Shown here in pieces: positions 37,301-50,805 of a stretch of 64,000 nt of DNA. The notes beneath the pieces are model-generated. The model made no database searches. It saw only the letters and a list, made by a program, of their open reading frames with translations, and was not told where the DNA came from. The DNA is from Camelus ferus. Lineage: Eukaryota. The DNA lies in NCBI RefSeq assembly GCF_009834535.1, contig NC_045697.1:77750001-77814000 (forward strand), read 5' to 3'. Position numbers and translations under genes: made by a program. How positions within the stretch are numbered: the stretch's first letter is position 1; the number at the start of each line of letters is the position of its first letter.

Positions 37301-38959
37301 TATAAGATCTGGCTTCGAGAACAGACTCCACTTAGTTCTTGGCTTCAAATGGGCAAGACATGTAACCTCTCCGAGCCTCAATTTCCTGAACTCTAAAATA
37401 AGAATTTAGACATTGCATCACAGACTTGTGTGCATAAAATGATGGAATACATATGAAAGTTCTTGCTACGTGATCAGGCCAAGCGGAAGGTGCCAGATCT
37501 AGACCAAGCGCTGGAGGGAAGGGCTGCAGGCTGCAGAAAGAACTCCAGCTGGAAAGAGGACAAGGGTCTGAGGGTGACTGTCTAGGCAAGTTGTTGGCAT
37601 CAGAGAATCTTGGCAAAGAGGAATGCAGTGTCCCATCGATGGCTAGAACACAGGATCGGGGCATCTAGGAAACTCTGAACTCAGAGATTCCCACAAGGAG
37701 ACAGAGAGGACACTCTCCTTTTGGAGCTAAGGGTGAACCTGTTATCTCAGTGGAGGACAGGCAGGAACTGTCATTTAAGTAGGAACTCTGCCTCTAGGGA
37801 AGTTGACAAGGAGCAGGTTACCAGATGTGAGGGACCAGAGCAGCTCTCACAGTTAGAAAGCGGGAACTGAGTCAGTCTGGTGTTGACTGATGCTGCTGCT
37901 GAGTGTTGAACTAGTTTCCTTCCTGTCCAGGGGCAAGATTGATCCCCAAAACTCTCTTTTTGGGAAACGCGGGGGAACTTGAGGGGTGAGGCAGGGCACC
38001 TCTGTGAGCAGCCATTTGCGCAGAGGTTCAAGTGATGCGTGGTTGTGGCTCTTTTCTTCCTCATAACTCCGTAAGTTATATAGATTGTGTCTCCATAACA
38101 TCACGATAGCCAGGTCAGTCGGTCAAAATTAGGTCAGTAAAACTGGTTATTTGAAAAACAAATTCATTTAAGGATTTTTTTCATTATTCTGCTATCATTT
38201 TATAAGTTTGATCATAGAATAATAAAAAGTCTTTTAAATATTTTTAGATTATCTAATGGCTTATGTAATTTACAAATAATAATTGCCTACATCAACCGTC
38301 CAAAATCCACAAACTCAACATCAGAAGGGTAAGTCACTGGATGAAGGGAAGGCACTGCCTTTGTCTCATTGTTTAGGAACTGTGTTTAATAGCGCCTTCG
38401 CTTCCAGGAATTGCTCTTCTGTCCCTGGATGATATGTCAGCAACGGAATTTGCTGAAACAGGACAACTTCGCTTTTATGGGCCTTTGCTATGGGACAGTT
38501 AATATCCTGTGTCTGCCTCCTTATTCAGCTGTGACAGGATTGTTCAGGGGACTCTCAACAGAAGGCCTCTGTGTTCCTCTCTGGTTAATGATACACTGTG
38601 CTCCCTAAGAGAAGAAGTGACCCTTCTAAGTTCACCAAACTTGTGACCACAGCCTGGACCCTTTGTCCCATTGGTGCCACTTCTCCTTCTATCATATAGT
38701 GTGCAATCAGCTGTTTGAAGTAGGATATTATTAGCATAAGGTGCATATGTACAGTTGAATTAGAAACAGCTTAGTTACATTTCCTCTGTAGGCCCACAAG
38801 TTTGGCTTTTTTAGTTCTAACCAAATAACTACATCTTCCTATCTCAACCCTGCTCATTCTCTGAGGCCTCCCAGACTCTTACAGATTGAGTTTAATAATA
38901 TTACAATTATAATTAAACTAAACATCTACTGTGTGCTAGATGTGTCAACTACAATAGCT

Positions 38960-39205
38960 ATCTCTTACTGATGGCTTACTGTGTGCCAGTCATTGTTCTA
39001 AGCACTTTACCTGTATTATCTCATTTAATCTTCCCAACAACGCTATGCATGGGTACCAGTACCATTTCCATATTAAAGATGATAAAACTGAGGCGCAGGG
39101 AGGTTTAGTAACTCGCCCAAGGTTATATGCCTTGTAAATATTAAAGCTAGATTGGAATCCCTGAAGTCTAGTTTCTGAAGCTGCACTCTTAACTACTACT
39201 CAATA
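38960..39205 (-). mobile_element. MIR SINE
   Basis: agcactttacctgtattatctcatttaatcttcccaacaac...gataaaactgaggcgcaggg. Confidence 0.85.
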
Positions 39206-39234
39206 CCATTTTGCTTTACAAACACTATCTATAG

Positions 39235-39890
39235 CTAATATGTACTGAGCATCTACTGTGGGCCAGAAACAATGTCCAGTGCTAGGATAATAGTAATTGG
39301 AATTAAAAAAAAATTCCTGCCCTTATGTAGCTTCCACTTTAGTTTTAGAAAAAGACAACAGAAAATACAAATAAGTAAAATATATAATATGTTAGCTAAT
39401 GACAACTGCCAAGAGGAAAAACCAGTGCTCAAGAAGTACTGGGGGGAGGGCTAAAATTCTTGACAGAGTGCCAAAGAGAGGCCTGACTAAGAGAGTGACA
39501 TTTGAGTAAAGAAAGCCACATGGATATCTGGAGAAGCACATCCCAGGCAAGAGTGGAGCCAGTGCCAAGGTCCCCCAGGTAGAAGATGCCTGGTATAGTT
39601 GAAGGACAGCAAGGAAGCCCGTGGGGCTGCTGTGCACAGAGTAAAGGGAGAGTCACGGGACAGGAGGTCAGAGAGGTAACAAGGGACAAGAGCTGATAGG
39701 GCCGTTATTACGGCCTTGGGCTTTTACTTTGAGTGTGATGGAGGAACTGCTCAGAGTTGCAGAGAATGGCTTGATTTGCTGGGCTGGATGCAGGCTGGAC
39801 GGGGAACAGCCATGAAGTCAGGGAGACCAGGAATATTTCCAATAGTCCAGTGAGAGATGATGGTGGCTTGGGCTGGAGTGTACGGAGTAG
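39235..39890 (-). mobile_element. L2 fragment
   Basis: tactgagcatctactgtgggccag...gagagatgatggtggcttggg. Confidence 0.75.
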
Positions 39891-41059
39891 TGGTAGTACC
39901 TATTTCAGAGAAGACATTCTTATTCCAGTTTTACAGATTAAGAAATTGAGACTCAAAGAGGTTAGGTAATTGGTCCAAAGTATACTAGCCAGTGAGAGTA
40001 ACCCCTGGAAGAAAACTCTTTTACGATTTTTGCCAGAGGCCACGTTCTTGCTTCTACTACATCAAGAATCTTTGACGTACAATCCTCAATTTAAAGTCAA
40101 AAAAATTAAATTAAAAAATTTAAAAAAAAGTCAAAATCACATCCTCCTCAAATTAAAGATAAAGATACCTTGGATTTTGTAAAGTGATATCTCTCAAATT
40201 GGTTGACCTGTCTACTGATTTATCCATCAAATCTCACACCTTTAGAGAGAGTTGCTATTGAAATGTTTCCTTCAAGTCATGCCAGGTATGAGGACTGGAA
40301 AGTATAGTGGCTGTGGGGAGGTGGAACACAAGTAAGGTAAGAGGGAGGGACTCAGAAAGGCAGAAACTGGAGTGTCAGATAGGACATGACAATATCCTCA
40401 TGTACATCTCCTAGATTTGGGAGTCTAAGGGTCCACTTTGTCTCCTCTCCTCATTTGATCTTATCTAGCAAGTTAGAATTTTTTTCCCCAAAATGGGGTC
40501 ATGTTAATTTTTCACCAATGATCAAAAGAATATTTGGAATTTGGCTCAATATGGTGGATTGAGCCCATGTTCCTGCCTCTCATTCATCCCAATGACGGAC
40601 AATGTCTCTAACATGCTGGAAAATGAGAAGAGATGCTTGTTATTTTCTGTGGAGGAGAAGGTAAGAAATCCCCAAAAGATGGAAAGTAGATGGAGGGAAC
40701 TACAGCCCCAACTTGCAACAGAAGACTGCTGCGAAAGACAGGAGTGGCTCTACAAACAGGTTTAGAAGAAGAGAATATAAGACCAGGAGGGAGCTCTGTG
40801 GAAATGGTCAGGGAAAGCACTGGGGCACCAGAGTGGGAGCATGAGATTTTTAGCACCATTTAATTTTTTTTAACTTATATGAAAGTATTATTTTGACAAA
40901 AATCAAATTAAAATGTTTTATAAGTAAGGTTAGCCACTAGAAGAAAAGACACTGTATGTGTTATGCATATATACATATATATGAAATAAAAAAACAGCTT
41001 AATCTATCCAAAAAACAGATATAAAGAGAAAAAAGAAGAAAGAATAGAGAAAAAACAAA

Positions 41060-41925
41060 ATATAATGGTTATCAGTCCCACACTATAAATAATCTGTAAC
41101 ATTAAAAAATACTTTCAGATTAGAGTAACGACATAGTTTCATAGTGAAAAACTATGAAAAGTAGAAAATAAAGGATTGGCTAAAGAAATATCAGGTGAAT
41201 GTAATAATAACAACAACAGAAAAACAGGAATAGAAATATTCATATCATACCAGACAGGATCAAAGTTAAAAGCATTTTAAGAAAGCAGTTATTTCATAAT
41301 AATGAAAGGCTCATCCCCAAAAGATACAACAGTCATGAGATTTTATGCCTCTAAATACACAGGACTGCAATAAAGCAAAAGCTAATGGAAATACAAGAAT
41401 AAATGAACAAGCCCACAATCACACACACACACTTCTCTCAGAAACTGATAGACCACATAGACTAAAAATAATCAATGATTAAAAATTTGAATACTAAACT
41501 TAACAATCTTGACCTAATAGTAACATACATTTTTATACAAAAAACTATATTAGTGCATGACTGTAAGTTAATATACCTTTTTAAAAACTATACATAGAAC
41601 ATTTTAAACCTTGATGCTGTATTGGGCCGCAAAGGAAATTTTGACAAAATTCGAAAAGCAGAAATTATATAATTTTCACTGGCATGATACAATAATGTTA
41701 AAATGTTAAAATTAGTAACAAGATACTCCAAACCTAAAAAAATCTAACAAAACCATATCTTTGAAAATTTTGAAAATACACTTTAAAAAACATGACTTAA
41801 GGAACATTACAAAATGTTTAGAAATTAACAGTGGGGTCACTATATATTCCCAGAATTCAGCTAAAGCATTTTCAGAAATAAGCTTATAGAAATAAATCCA
41901 CTTATTACAAAACAAGAAGGAAATC
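41060..41925 (+). mobile_element. Ancient L1 ORF2 endonuclease-region fragment
   Basis: A-rich degenerate ORF2 motifs (tttcataataatgaaaggctca, ttttatgcctctaaatacacag, ctcagaaactgataga). Confidence 0.65.
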
Positions 41926-41944
41926 TCTGAGCAACCCTATTACA

Positions 41945-43290
41945 GTTGCTAATCTACTCACTCCTCCACACTCCCAGATAATTCCTTCTCCTTCTCTTTT
42001 TCTCTCCTCAGCCTTCCAATATTTATTTGCTCACCACCTTCAATTCCAGCTGCTAACCTTGCTTCTGATTTCACTGGAAATATCAAGGCAATGAGAACTT
42101 GTTCCCACTCCAACATGTACCAACCCTCCTGTTCACTACCCATGAGCCTACTTTGTCTCCTCTCACTTTGAATGAACTGCCCGTGCTGCTGTCAAAGTTG
42201 GATATCTCCAAGTTCAGCTCTCATCTTCTCATAGACATCCCTCCAGTAATTGCCCCCCTCCTCTCCTGTATCATCAAGTTTTCCCTCTCACTTAGATCAT
42301 TTCCATCAGCTGCTTACATGTTGCTATATTATTATAAGAAAAATCCTGTCTCTTGACTCTACATCCCCCTCCTAGTACAGCTCCATTTCCTTACTCCCTT
42401 ACTGCAAAGCTACTCAAAAATGCTGTCAAGACTTTACATCTCCAAGTCCTCTCCATCCATCCCCTACCGAATGCATGCTCCAATTAGTATTGTGGCCCCA
42501 CCATTTCACTGAGCAAATCTTGTCACCTTAGCCAATGACCTCCATGGTTCTAAACCCAATGGTCACTTCTTGGTCCTCATCTGTGACCTGGAGCAAGCAG
42601 CCTCTGATATAGCTGACCTGCTCTCCCTGAAACTCCTGCCCCATGTGACTTCCTAGAAGCCATTCCTCTTTGGTTTTTCTCTTATCTAACTGGCTACTTC
42701 TTCAAAGTCTCTCTTCTTTTTTTCATAGTCTTCATTTCTAGGTGTTGGGGTGCATATCAGGGCACATTTGGGGAACACTTTCTCTTTTCTATCCACACCC
42801 ACTCCTTAGATGATTTTAAATACTATACATCACCAAACGTTCTTAAATTTATGTCTCCAGCCTGGCCCTCTCCTCTGAAATCTAGATTTATAGTCCATGT
42901 CCTACTTGATGTCTCTGCTTGGATGTCTAACAAGCACCTCAAACATACATTCAAAACTGAACTCGTCACTCCCCCACCAAGCCTGTCCATCTTGCAGTCT
43001 TCCCTCTCAGTAAATGGCAAATCTCACCTTCTCAATGAAGTCTCCCTGGCCATACCTAAAATCACAAACTTTCCCCACAACCAGGACTCCCTATGCTCCC
43101 TTCCTGCTTTTCCTGACAGCATTTATCATTGTTTGACATACTAAATATACTATTTTTTAAAATTTTAACAATAAAAGCTCAGTGGATAATGATGATTTGA
43201 CCTCTTTTGCTCACTTGCTGTATCCCCAGAGCATAGAATATTACGTGGGTTCTATGGGCACTCACTATGTATTTATTGAGTGAATGAATG
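41945..43290 (+). mobile_element. L2 with 3' terminus
   Basis: ccaatggtcacttcttggtcctcatc...acttgatgtctctgcttggatgtctaa...atttattgagtgaatgaatg. Confidence 0.85.
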
Positions 43291-43294
43291 GACA

Positions 43295-43655
43295 GACAGG
43301 GACAATTCCAGGGTTTTGTCTTCAGCTATCGGAAAGATGAAGTCACGTTTTACTGAGGTGGGGAACACTGCGGAAGGAGCAGAACTGAAGAAAGAAAGAG
43401 CAGAGTTCAGCTTTGGACATATTAAGTTTGAAGTGTCCACTAAAAATCCAAGTAGAGATGTTGACTGGGTCAGGGGAATGAATGCATGCTACTGGAGCTT
43501 GAGGAGAGGTTCATGCTGAATGAAAAATAATTGAGCCATCAGTATATAATACAAAATTCAAAGCCATAGGAATGCTGAGGTCATCTAGAGAGTAGAGGAA
43601 GTTTAGAGAAAAGAACAGTTCCAAGGATTGAGCCTTGGAACAACCCAAGGTTAGA
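43295..43655 (-). mobile_element. L2 fragment
   Basis: gagttcagctttggacatattaagtttgaagtgtcc. Confidence 0.75.
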
Positions 43656-43759
43656 GTTTAACGGCTTGACGTTTTGCTAAGAGGCTAAACAAAAGGAAGA
43701 CAAATTCATGCCCTTCTGCTTTTTAAATTTAAATATAGGAAATTTAAATGAGATAAAAC

Positions 43760-44625
43760 TTTAAAAAATTTTACATAAAATAAATTAAAAGCAAAAACGT
43801 CATGGGAAATGTCTTGATTAAATAGGAGCAAAACCATAAACTGCATATTAAAAACTAACAATGTGTAATAACATTCCTTGAAAAGTTTTTGAAGGATAGA
43901 AAAGGACATCAGAAGAAATAAAAAGATATACCACATTCTGTCGAGGGGAGATTCAAGTTGAAAGTTGTCAATCCCCAATTAATAAAACATTCCAACATAA
44001 TTTTTCATGGAAATTAACTATATGATTCTAAATTTAATCTAGGAAAGAAAAATAGATAAAAGTAGCCAAAATTATTTTAAAATGAAGAAGGGGAGACTTG
44101 CCCAATCAGATATCAAAAGTTACTATGGTAATACTAAAGTGGCATAGTATTTTTGCAGAAATAAATAGGCAAAATAAAAACAGAGTCACATACAGAAATT
44201 GACCCATGTACATATGGGAATTTAGTTTATCAAAAAGTGACATTTTTAACTCAATAGAAGCATGATGGTCAATTAAGTTTTTATTGAACTTTTTGAATTT
44301 ATTTTTATTGGGACAATCAATTACCCATTAAAAATGATACTTTACACCACTTAAAACACATTTCAGAAGGAATAAAGAGATAAACTTAAAACCAAAATTA
44401 TAAAAAATGTCAAAATAAATATATATCTCTGTCTAACATTGGGGAGATAAGGCCTCTTTAAAGAAGAAAAAATCAGGAATCATAAAGGAAAAAATTAAAA
44501 ATTAAATTGTGGGAAACAAAAGACACCAAGACGAATATGTGCAATATATAAAACAGACAAGTATACATTTAAGGAATATGTAAAAACACCCATAAATCAG
44601 CAGGAAAAAGTTACCCCATGGAATA
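43760..44625 (+). mobile_element. Ancient L1ME-type ORF2 fragment
   Basis: gattctaaatttaatctaggaa...cagaaattgacccatgtacatatgggaatttag. Confidence 0.65.
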
Positions 44626-44689
44626 GGGAGGGAAAAAAAAGAAAAGAAAAAATCACAAAAGGCACTGTTCTAGACATGCAGATCAAACT

Positions 44690-45250
44690 CTTCCTTTTTT
44701 GTAAAATTGTACAGTGTTCTAATTATTGGATTCACTATTTTATATTTAACCAACATCTGATTAATAGAAATTTAAGTTGTTTTTACTCTTATACATAGTA
44801 GACACTGCTGTGATGAACTTCCATGTTCAGAACTTGGACAAACATCTTTGAACATTTTAATTATTTTCCTAGAATAAATTGCTCACAGTGGAATTATTGG
44901 ACTAAAGGGAATGCAGGATAAAATTTTGCTACATATTTCCATATTGCTTCCAGAAAGCTTGTGTGACCAAGGTATTAAATTTCTTAATCTCAAATGCCCT
45001 TCGTAATATGAAATATTATGTATCTTCTAAAATCTTGGCAATATGATAGGTAGAAAATTGTATCTACGTTGTCTTCATTTGCATATCCTTAGTGATAAAT
45101 GTGGTTGAGGCTGTTTTAGAATTTATTAACCATTTATAAAATTTTGGGAATTGTCTGTTCATGTCCTTTGTTTTTTCTATTGGAACATTCATCTTTTTCT
45201 TATTAAAGTATTCTAAAGTTATTAGCACGATGCCAAATATTTTCAAAATT
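44690..45250 (-). mobile_element. Ancient L1ME-type 3' fragment
   Basis: gtggaattattggactaaaggg...tttgcatatccttag...ctgttcatgtcctttg. Confidence 0.65.
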
Positions 45251-45579
45251 GTATCCAGTGAAGTTTTGTTAGAGCTCACTTTAAAATCACTGGCAGGGCT
45301 AAGTGATTGCACAACAAATTAGTGATAGGACCACAACTGAATCTAAGGGACCTTACTCCCAGCACAGGATTCTCCCCATTTCTTCTGCAGTGCTTAAAAA
45401 GCAGACCTAAAAATATTAACATGTCAGTCATTGTTCTACTGGCTTATGGGAGCAAAGGGTAGGTAATGTTATTTACCAATATTTTAGGATGTTTCTCATG
45501 ATGCCCTTAAAAGCCACAATTCTTGGCTAAGTATTGCTAAGTTCTTTGAATTCCAAGGTCTTAGATATTGCAGAGTTTT

Positions 45580-46010
45580 GAATTAGTCAGAATTCTTTGG
45601 GTTACAAGTGACAGAGAACTAACTTAAATTTGTTTAAGATAAACAGAAGCATTATTGGAAAGATCCGAGGGCACGTCACTACCTGTGAAAAAGACTTGCA
45701 TGAGACTGAGGCTTAGGGCCTGGATCACTAATAGCTCTTCATCTCCCACCGGGATTCTCTCCTGTTGCAGATCAGTCCCTCAGCCTGAAGATACAATTGA
45801 TGGTCAACAGCTCCTTGATTTCGACTACTAGGGAGCAGCCTACCTGTGACTTCTCTAGTCCTGAGTTTTAAAATGGCAGAGAAAGATTATAACTGAGTCA
45901 GCTTTGGTCTGGTGTCCATCACTTGACTGTAAGATCACAGCAGCGCCCATTTAAGCTGTGTGCTTGGAGTGAGGAAGGACATTTCCCAGAAGAAGCAGGG
46001 GAGGGATCTT
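45580..46010. mobile_element. Old MLT1-type LTR
   Basis: ttagtcagaattctttgggttacaagtgacagagaactaactta. Confidence 0.55.
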
Positions 46011-46569
46011 GTTAACAGAAGTGAGAGGCACCTGGCATTATCCCCATCCAGCTGGACTCATATGCCAATCTTCTCACACCATTTAATTTTTTTTATGTCA
46101 AATATACCTGTCAATCTAGCTCAGGGATAGAAAATGCTGACTGGTTAGTAATGGCTCTCTCATGGACTAGGATGAGAAAGGTTCTGAGAGCTCAAGGGAA
46201 GACAGTGCTCTAATCAGTCGGTTTTATCTGCCATAAATGTGAGCTGGGGAGGGGTAGCATTTGCCTTGGGTAGTTCCTGTACCTATTCAACCTCTCCTCT
46301 GTTGTAAATCTAATCAAAAGTTTAAAAAAGGGAGGTGCTTCATTTTTTTCCCCACTAGGATTGCTGACAGTCAGAATGTGTTCTGCTGAGAATTGGACCT
46401 CTCACCGTCTCTCACCATGTCAGTGTCAAACTGCAAACAGTAAGTAATGAGAGGAGGCAGGGGCATGACGGAGGCTGTATCAAGGTGACTTTGAGTATGC
46501 TATTGTGAGAACCTGCAAAAACTCAGAAAAGTAAACTGTGCAGGATCCACACTCAATTCTTTCCTTATG

Positions 46570-47445
46570 TTGCTTCCAAACTTTTCTTCAGCACCCCTCT
46601 GTGACAGATACTGTGCTTGGCTCTAGGAATACCAAAGAGAAAAAAGAAATAGCTCCTATCCTTAAGGAGCTCTTTGTTTAATAGTGGTGAACTCCAAGTA
46701 GATCAAGGAGTTTCAAGGGGTCAAGGAGAGAGACTTGTTTATAGCAGCTTGGGTGGTGACTCAGAGCACAGGTGGGCAGCCAGAGCAGAGAGGCAGTGAA
46801 TGAGGGCTTCTCTGAGGGCTGACACCTGAGTTTGGAAGGACAAGGTGAGGATGCAAGAGAGACTGTGCAGGAGAATGAAAGTGCATCCCAGAGGAATTCA
46901 AAAGGGAACACATTTAAAAGTCATGGAGGCAGTAAACTGTAGGACATGCAGGGAGGAGTCAGTTTTTCAGTAAGGTTGAAGTGAAAGTACATACAGGCAT
47001 GGCAGGAATTAGGTTAGAGAGACAGGCAAGGGCAAAGCATCAAAGGGTAATGATAAACCAAAGTCTGACCTTTACCCTGGAAACTCTGTATAGCCATACA
47101 GGATTTTCAACAAGAGAGGGACCACATCCAGATCTGTAATTTAGAGATATCTCTGGAACGCTAGAGGATTTGAATGGGTTAAATAGGGGGAAACTGTGGG
47201 CAGGGAGACTACTTCAGAGACTCTTGCTGGAATATAGCTAAGATAAAAGAAAAAGGTCTTAACTAGACTTGCAGCCTGAAAAGGAAGGCTCAGAGCAGGT
47301 TTGATCAGTATCAGGACAAGGTGACTAACTGGGTGGCGGTGGGGGTGAGGAAAAGGGAACTATCTAAGCTGCTCTCATGCTTCTGACTTGGACAACTGGG
47401 AGACTGCTGACGCCTAGTCCCAAGATGGAGAACACAGGAAGGGCT
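46570..47445 (-). mobile_element. L2 fragment
   Basis: gatactgtgcttggctctagg...ttctgacttggacaactggg. Confidence 0.6.
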
Positions 47446-48289
47446 GCTTAACTGATGGTCCAGCTTGACTTTTAGAGGAATTTTTAATTAATCTAGACTA
47501 AAGAGTTAAAGCCTTCAAAAGTTGATGATAAGCCTAAATTATTGATGTAATTCTATTATTGTAATTACCTAAATTTGCATTTGTGTTTATATTTTCAAAA
47601 TTCTTAATATATACATCATTCCAGTAATTGGTAATTACTGGAAAGATCTCATGGATCTTTACTGGAAAGATCTACTGGAAGGGACTGTTCCCCCTTTGTT
47701 GCTACTTCCCCAGAGAGCAGGTTACAGAAGAGCATTAAAGAGTCCTGGTAATCATTAACTAATAATTTGGAGTTGAAGCTTCCAATTTTGTATTGATAGA
47801 AACTGTATATTCGAAGGCAATGAACTTGATTAACTGTAAGAGATCACTTCTTTGCAGATGACTGCAATAACTGATATTGAATTTTCAGCTTAAAAAGAAA
47901 AGGATTTATATTCTAAGTATTTGCCTTGTGTTGGTGTCAATAGGGCCATCTGAAAAGAATGAGGGTGTCAGATTCCCAGTGCAGCATTAGAACCTAAGTG
48001 ACATAGCTCCACCTTTCAATAACAGAGCTGTCACCTCAATTAATAAAGAACTAGAGGAGCCTATCCTATCCTAAGCTAGAGGCAGGCATCCAGCGTCTTC
48101 CAGGATCTGCACCCTCTTATTCTTCTCTGCCTTATATGCTGACCTTTAAAAGGTAAAAGTCTCTTTTTTTGCACATTGGCTGAAACCCTTCACACTCCCT
48201 GTGAGGATCTAGACTTGAGGATAAGCACAGTCAGCAGTGGGGAGTCTATGTGCTTTACCCACATAGATTTACCTATGTGGATTATTCCT

Positions 48290-48590
48290 TTGGCCAGGAC
48301 TGCTGGTTGCCTACCCAGCTCTATCCTACATTGTTTCCTTAGCAACAGACTGTATATGGGACAGTCATGTACCAAACTGAAGGACAGCATTTCCAAACTT
48401 CCCTTGCATTATGGGTGGGCAATCAATGAGATGTGTGAGGAAAGGCACTGCATGGCATTCCCTGGAAAGCTCTTAAAGGGGCCTGATTCAGCTGGAACTC
48501 CTTTTGGCCTCCTAATAATAAACTGCCCTAATTTTTAGACCACTGTAGTGAAGTAACATTGCAATAGCCAGAAGCAATTCCTAACTGTAA
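48290..48590. mobile_element. LTR33-like ERVL LTR (internally deleted)
   Basis: ggttgcctacccag...catttccaaacttcccttgca...caatgagatgtgtgaggaa. Confidence 0.65.
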
Positions 48591-48969
48591 AATTACATTA
48601 AGGATTAAAAAAGAGCATGAGCCAGTTATTTAAATTGTGCTTCAATACTTGTCTGAACCCTGAAGGAAATCCTCACAGCATCTTTATGTGATACAATAGG
48701 GTACATTCTGCTATTCACATCTAAAACCTGAGTTAGAATGGTCCCAGGGTGTGTGCCTTTTATAAGTTCCCATGGGTAAGGAACAGAAATCCTTGCCATG
48801 GTGGAACCTGGGCATTGTGATATTAGCTTTTTGTTTTCACCAGATCTTTCAGTAACTGAAACAAAATAATTAACAAGTCTTTTCATAAAACCAGTTTATC
48901 TAATAGACTAGTGGTTTGTAATTAACATAGCAATCTACATGTGTTACAAAGCATCTGTTGGGGAAGGCA

Positions 48970-49218
48970 GACTGGAGAAGTAGTTAAGAGTGAGTTTGGG
49001 AATCCCAGCTCAATCACTTGACAACTGTAGGACTTTGGGCCAGGCACTTAAAAAAACAAAACAAAAATCTTCAGTTCCCTTATCTAAAAGTGAAAAATGA
49101 TGACAGCAGTCTACTCAGAGAGTTGTCATAAAGATTAAATGAGGTAACAGATGTTCAGTACTTAGCACCGAACTTGGAACATAATGACGAGTTAATGTGA
49201 GTTAGCCATTATTATTTT
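48970..49218 (+). mobile_element. MIR SINE
   Basis: gactttgggccaggcactta...aagattaaatgaggtaacagatg. Confidence 0.7.
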
Positions 49219-50805
49219 ATGGCCCCCAGAAACCGATGTTTTAGTTATAATTAGGTTCAGCTACACTTAACAGAAAGCCCTCAAATAATATTTGCTTAGC
49301 AGATAAACATTTCCTTCTCTCCAATGTAAAAGTCCAGAGTTTTGTTATCTGTGCCTGGAATAGGGGCTCTGCTCCATGAAGTTCTTCCTCCAACTTAAAT
49401 ATTATCTCTACTATGCATCTTCACTTAGCCAACCCTTAATTTCTCCATGGTATATTTTTAGTAACTTAAAAAGCTGTGACTATAAAGAACAATGTTCAAG
49501 GATGTAAGCAATTAAGATGATGTGATTATAGGTAGGGAGAGATTAGAAATCTATACATGGCATCATCAGAGTTGAGGTGAAAGGTGAAGTTTATGGAGTT
49601 TGAAACCTGACAGGATGAAGCCTGTCAGGAGGTGTCCTCTAGAGAGAAAAGCAGAGTCAATTATTACTTGAAGAAATCACTGTTAGGGGTTGGGAAGAAA
49701 TGAGCAAAAAAGTAAAAGAATGACTTTTTAGGAAAAGATGTAGCTGCAACACACCCAAATATCAAGGAGAGCAAGAAAAAAAGGATGAACCTGAGATTCA
49801 GTGTGATAGTTACCTGGGGAGAGATGAGGCCGAGAAACCAAGCTGAGGGGACTGCGTGTTTGCTTGTAGCAGGTTATGGTCAGGGCCCTAGCTTTTGGTT
49901 TCAGTAAGCAGTGATTTCACAGTTACTTATTACTTTATTAATAATAACTATCTTGGAAAGATGGATACCAGAAAAGATATAAGCTCTAACAGATCAATTA
50001 TTACAGAAGGAAGAGTTTCCAAAACAAGGAAAAGACTGCAGTACAATTTGAACAAAAAAGATAAACTCTTAGAAATAAATTTAACCCAAAATATGCACTC
50101 TTAGCATCCAGGAGATTGGGGTTTATAAGGCAGCTTTAAAAGTGGCTCCAGTTCTCTAGGCTCTGCATCCTTATCTACAAATAGGAGAACCAGGTTAAAT
50201 AATTTTAGGATCTCTTTCAGCTTTAATATATCTATAGAACTTGATTCCCTGTTCAATGTCGACAATGAAATTGAATGTGGCATAAGCATTTCCGTGATCT
50301 TTCATGGCCTCCAGTAAATATCTTGGGTAATTGTCCAGAACATGAAAAACAAAAAACATTGCTTTTAAAACCTTTTAAAAACAGGGAGAAGAGTAGTTTG
50401 TCAGCTATCCTTGGATTTCCCCTGTTTTATGTGGGGGAAATAAAGATCTGCGTGCCTGGAACTTGAGATTTCTCCTGATGGCTAGTATGATTTGTGGTGC
50501 TACATTCCTTCTGAATTTATGTGAATATACTTCTGAAGTTATAGTGGAAGGTGGTTGTTGTGCAATAGAGAGAAAAATACATTTAGATCAAAAGAACTAT
50601 GTTTAAACTCCTGCTTTGCTGGTTAGTAACTATTTGACCTCATACAAGTCAGTTAACTGCCAAACAGAAGAGTCTTGGTCTATAAAGTAAAATAATAATA
50701 TAATCTTTCTAGGGTTGGTGTGAAAACTGAAAGGCATAATATGGTATCATTTTATAAATTGTAAAGTGCTACACTCTGTAAACTGTTTGTCTGGTAGATT
50801 ATAAA

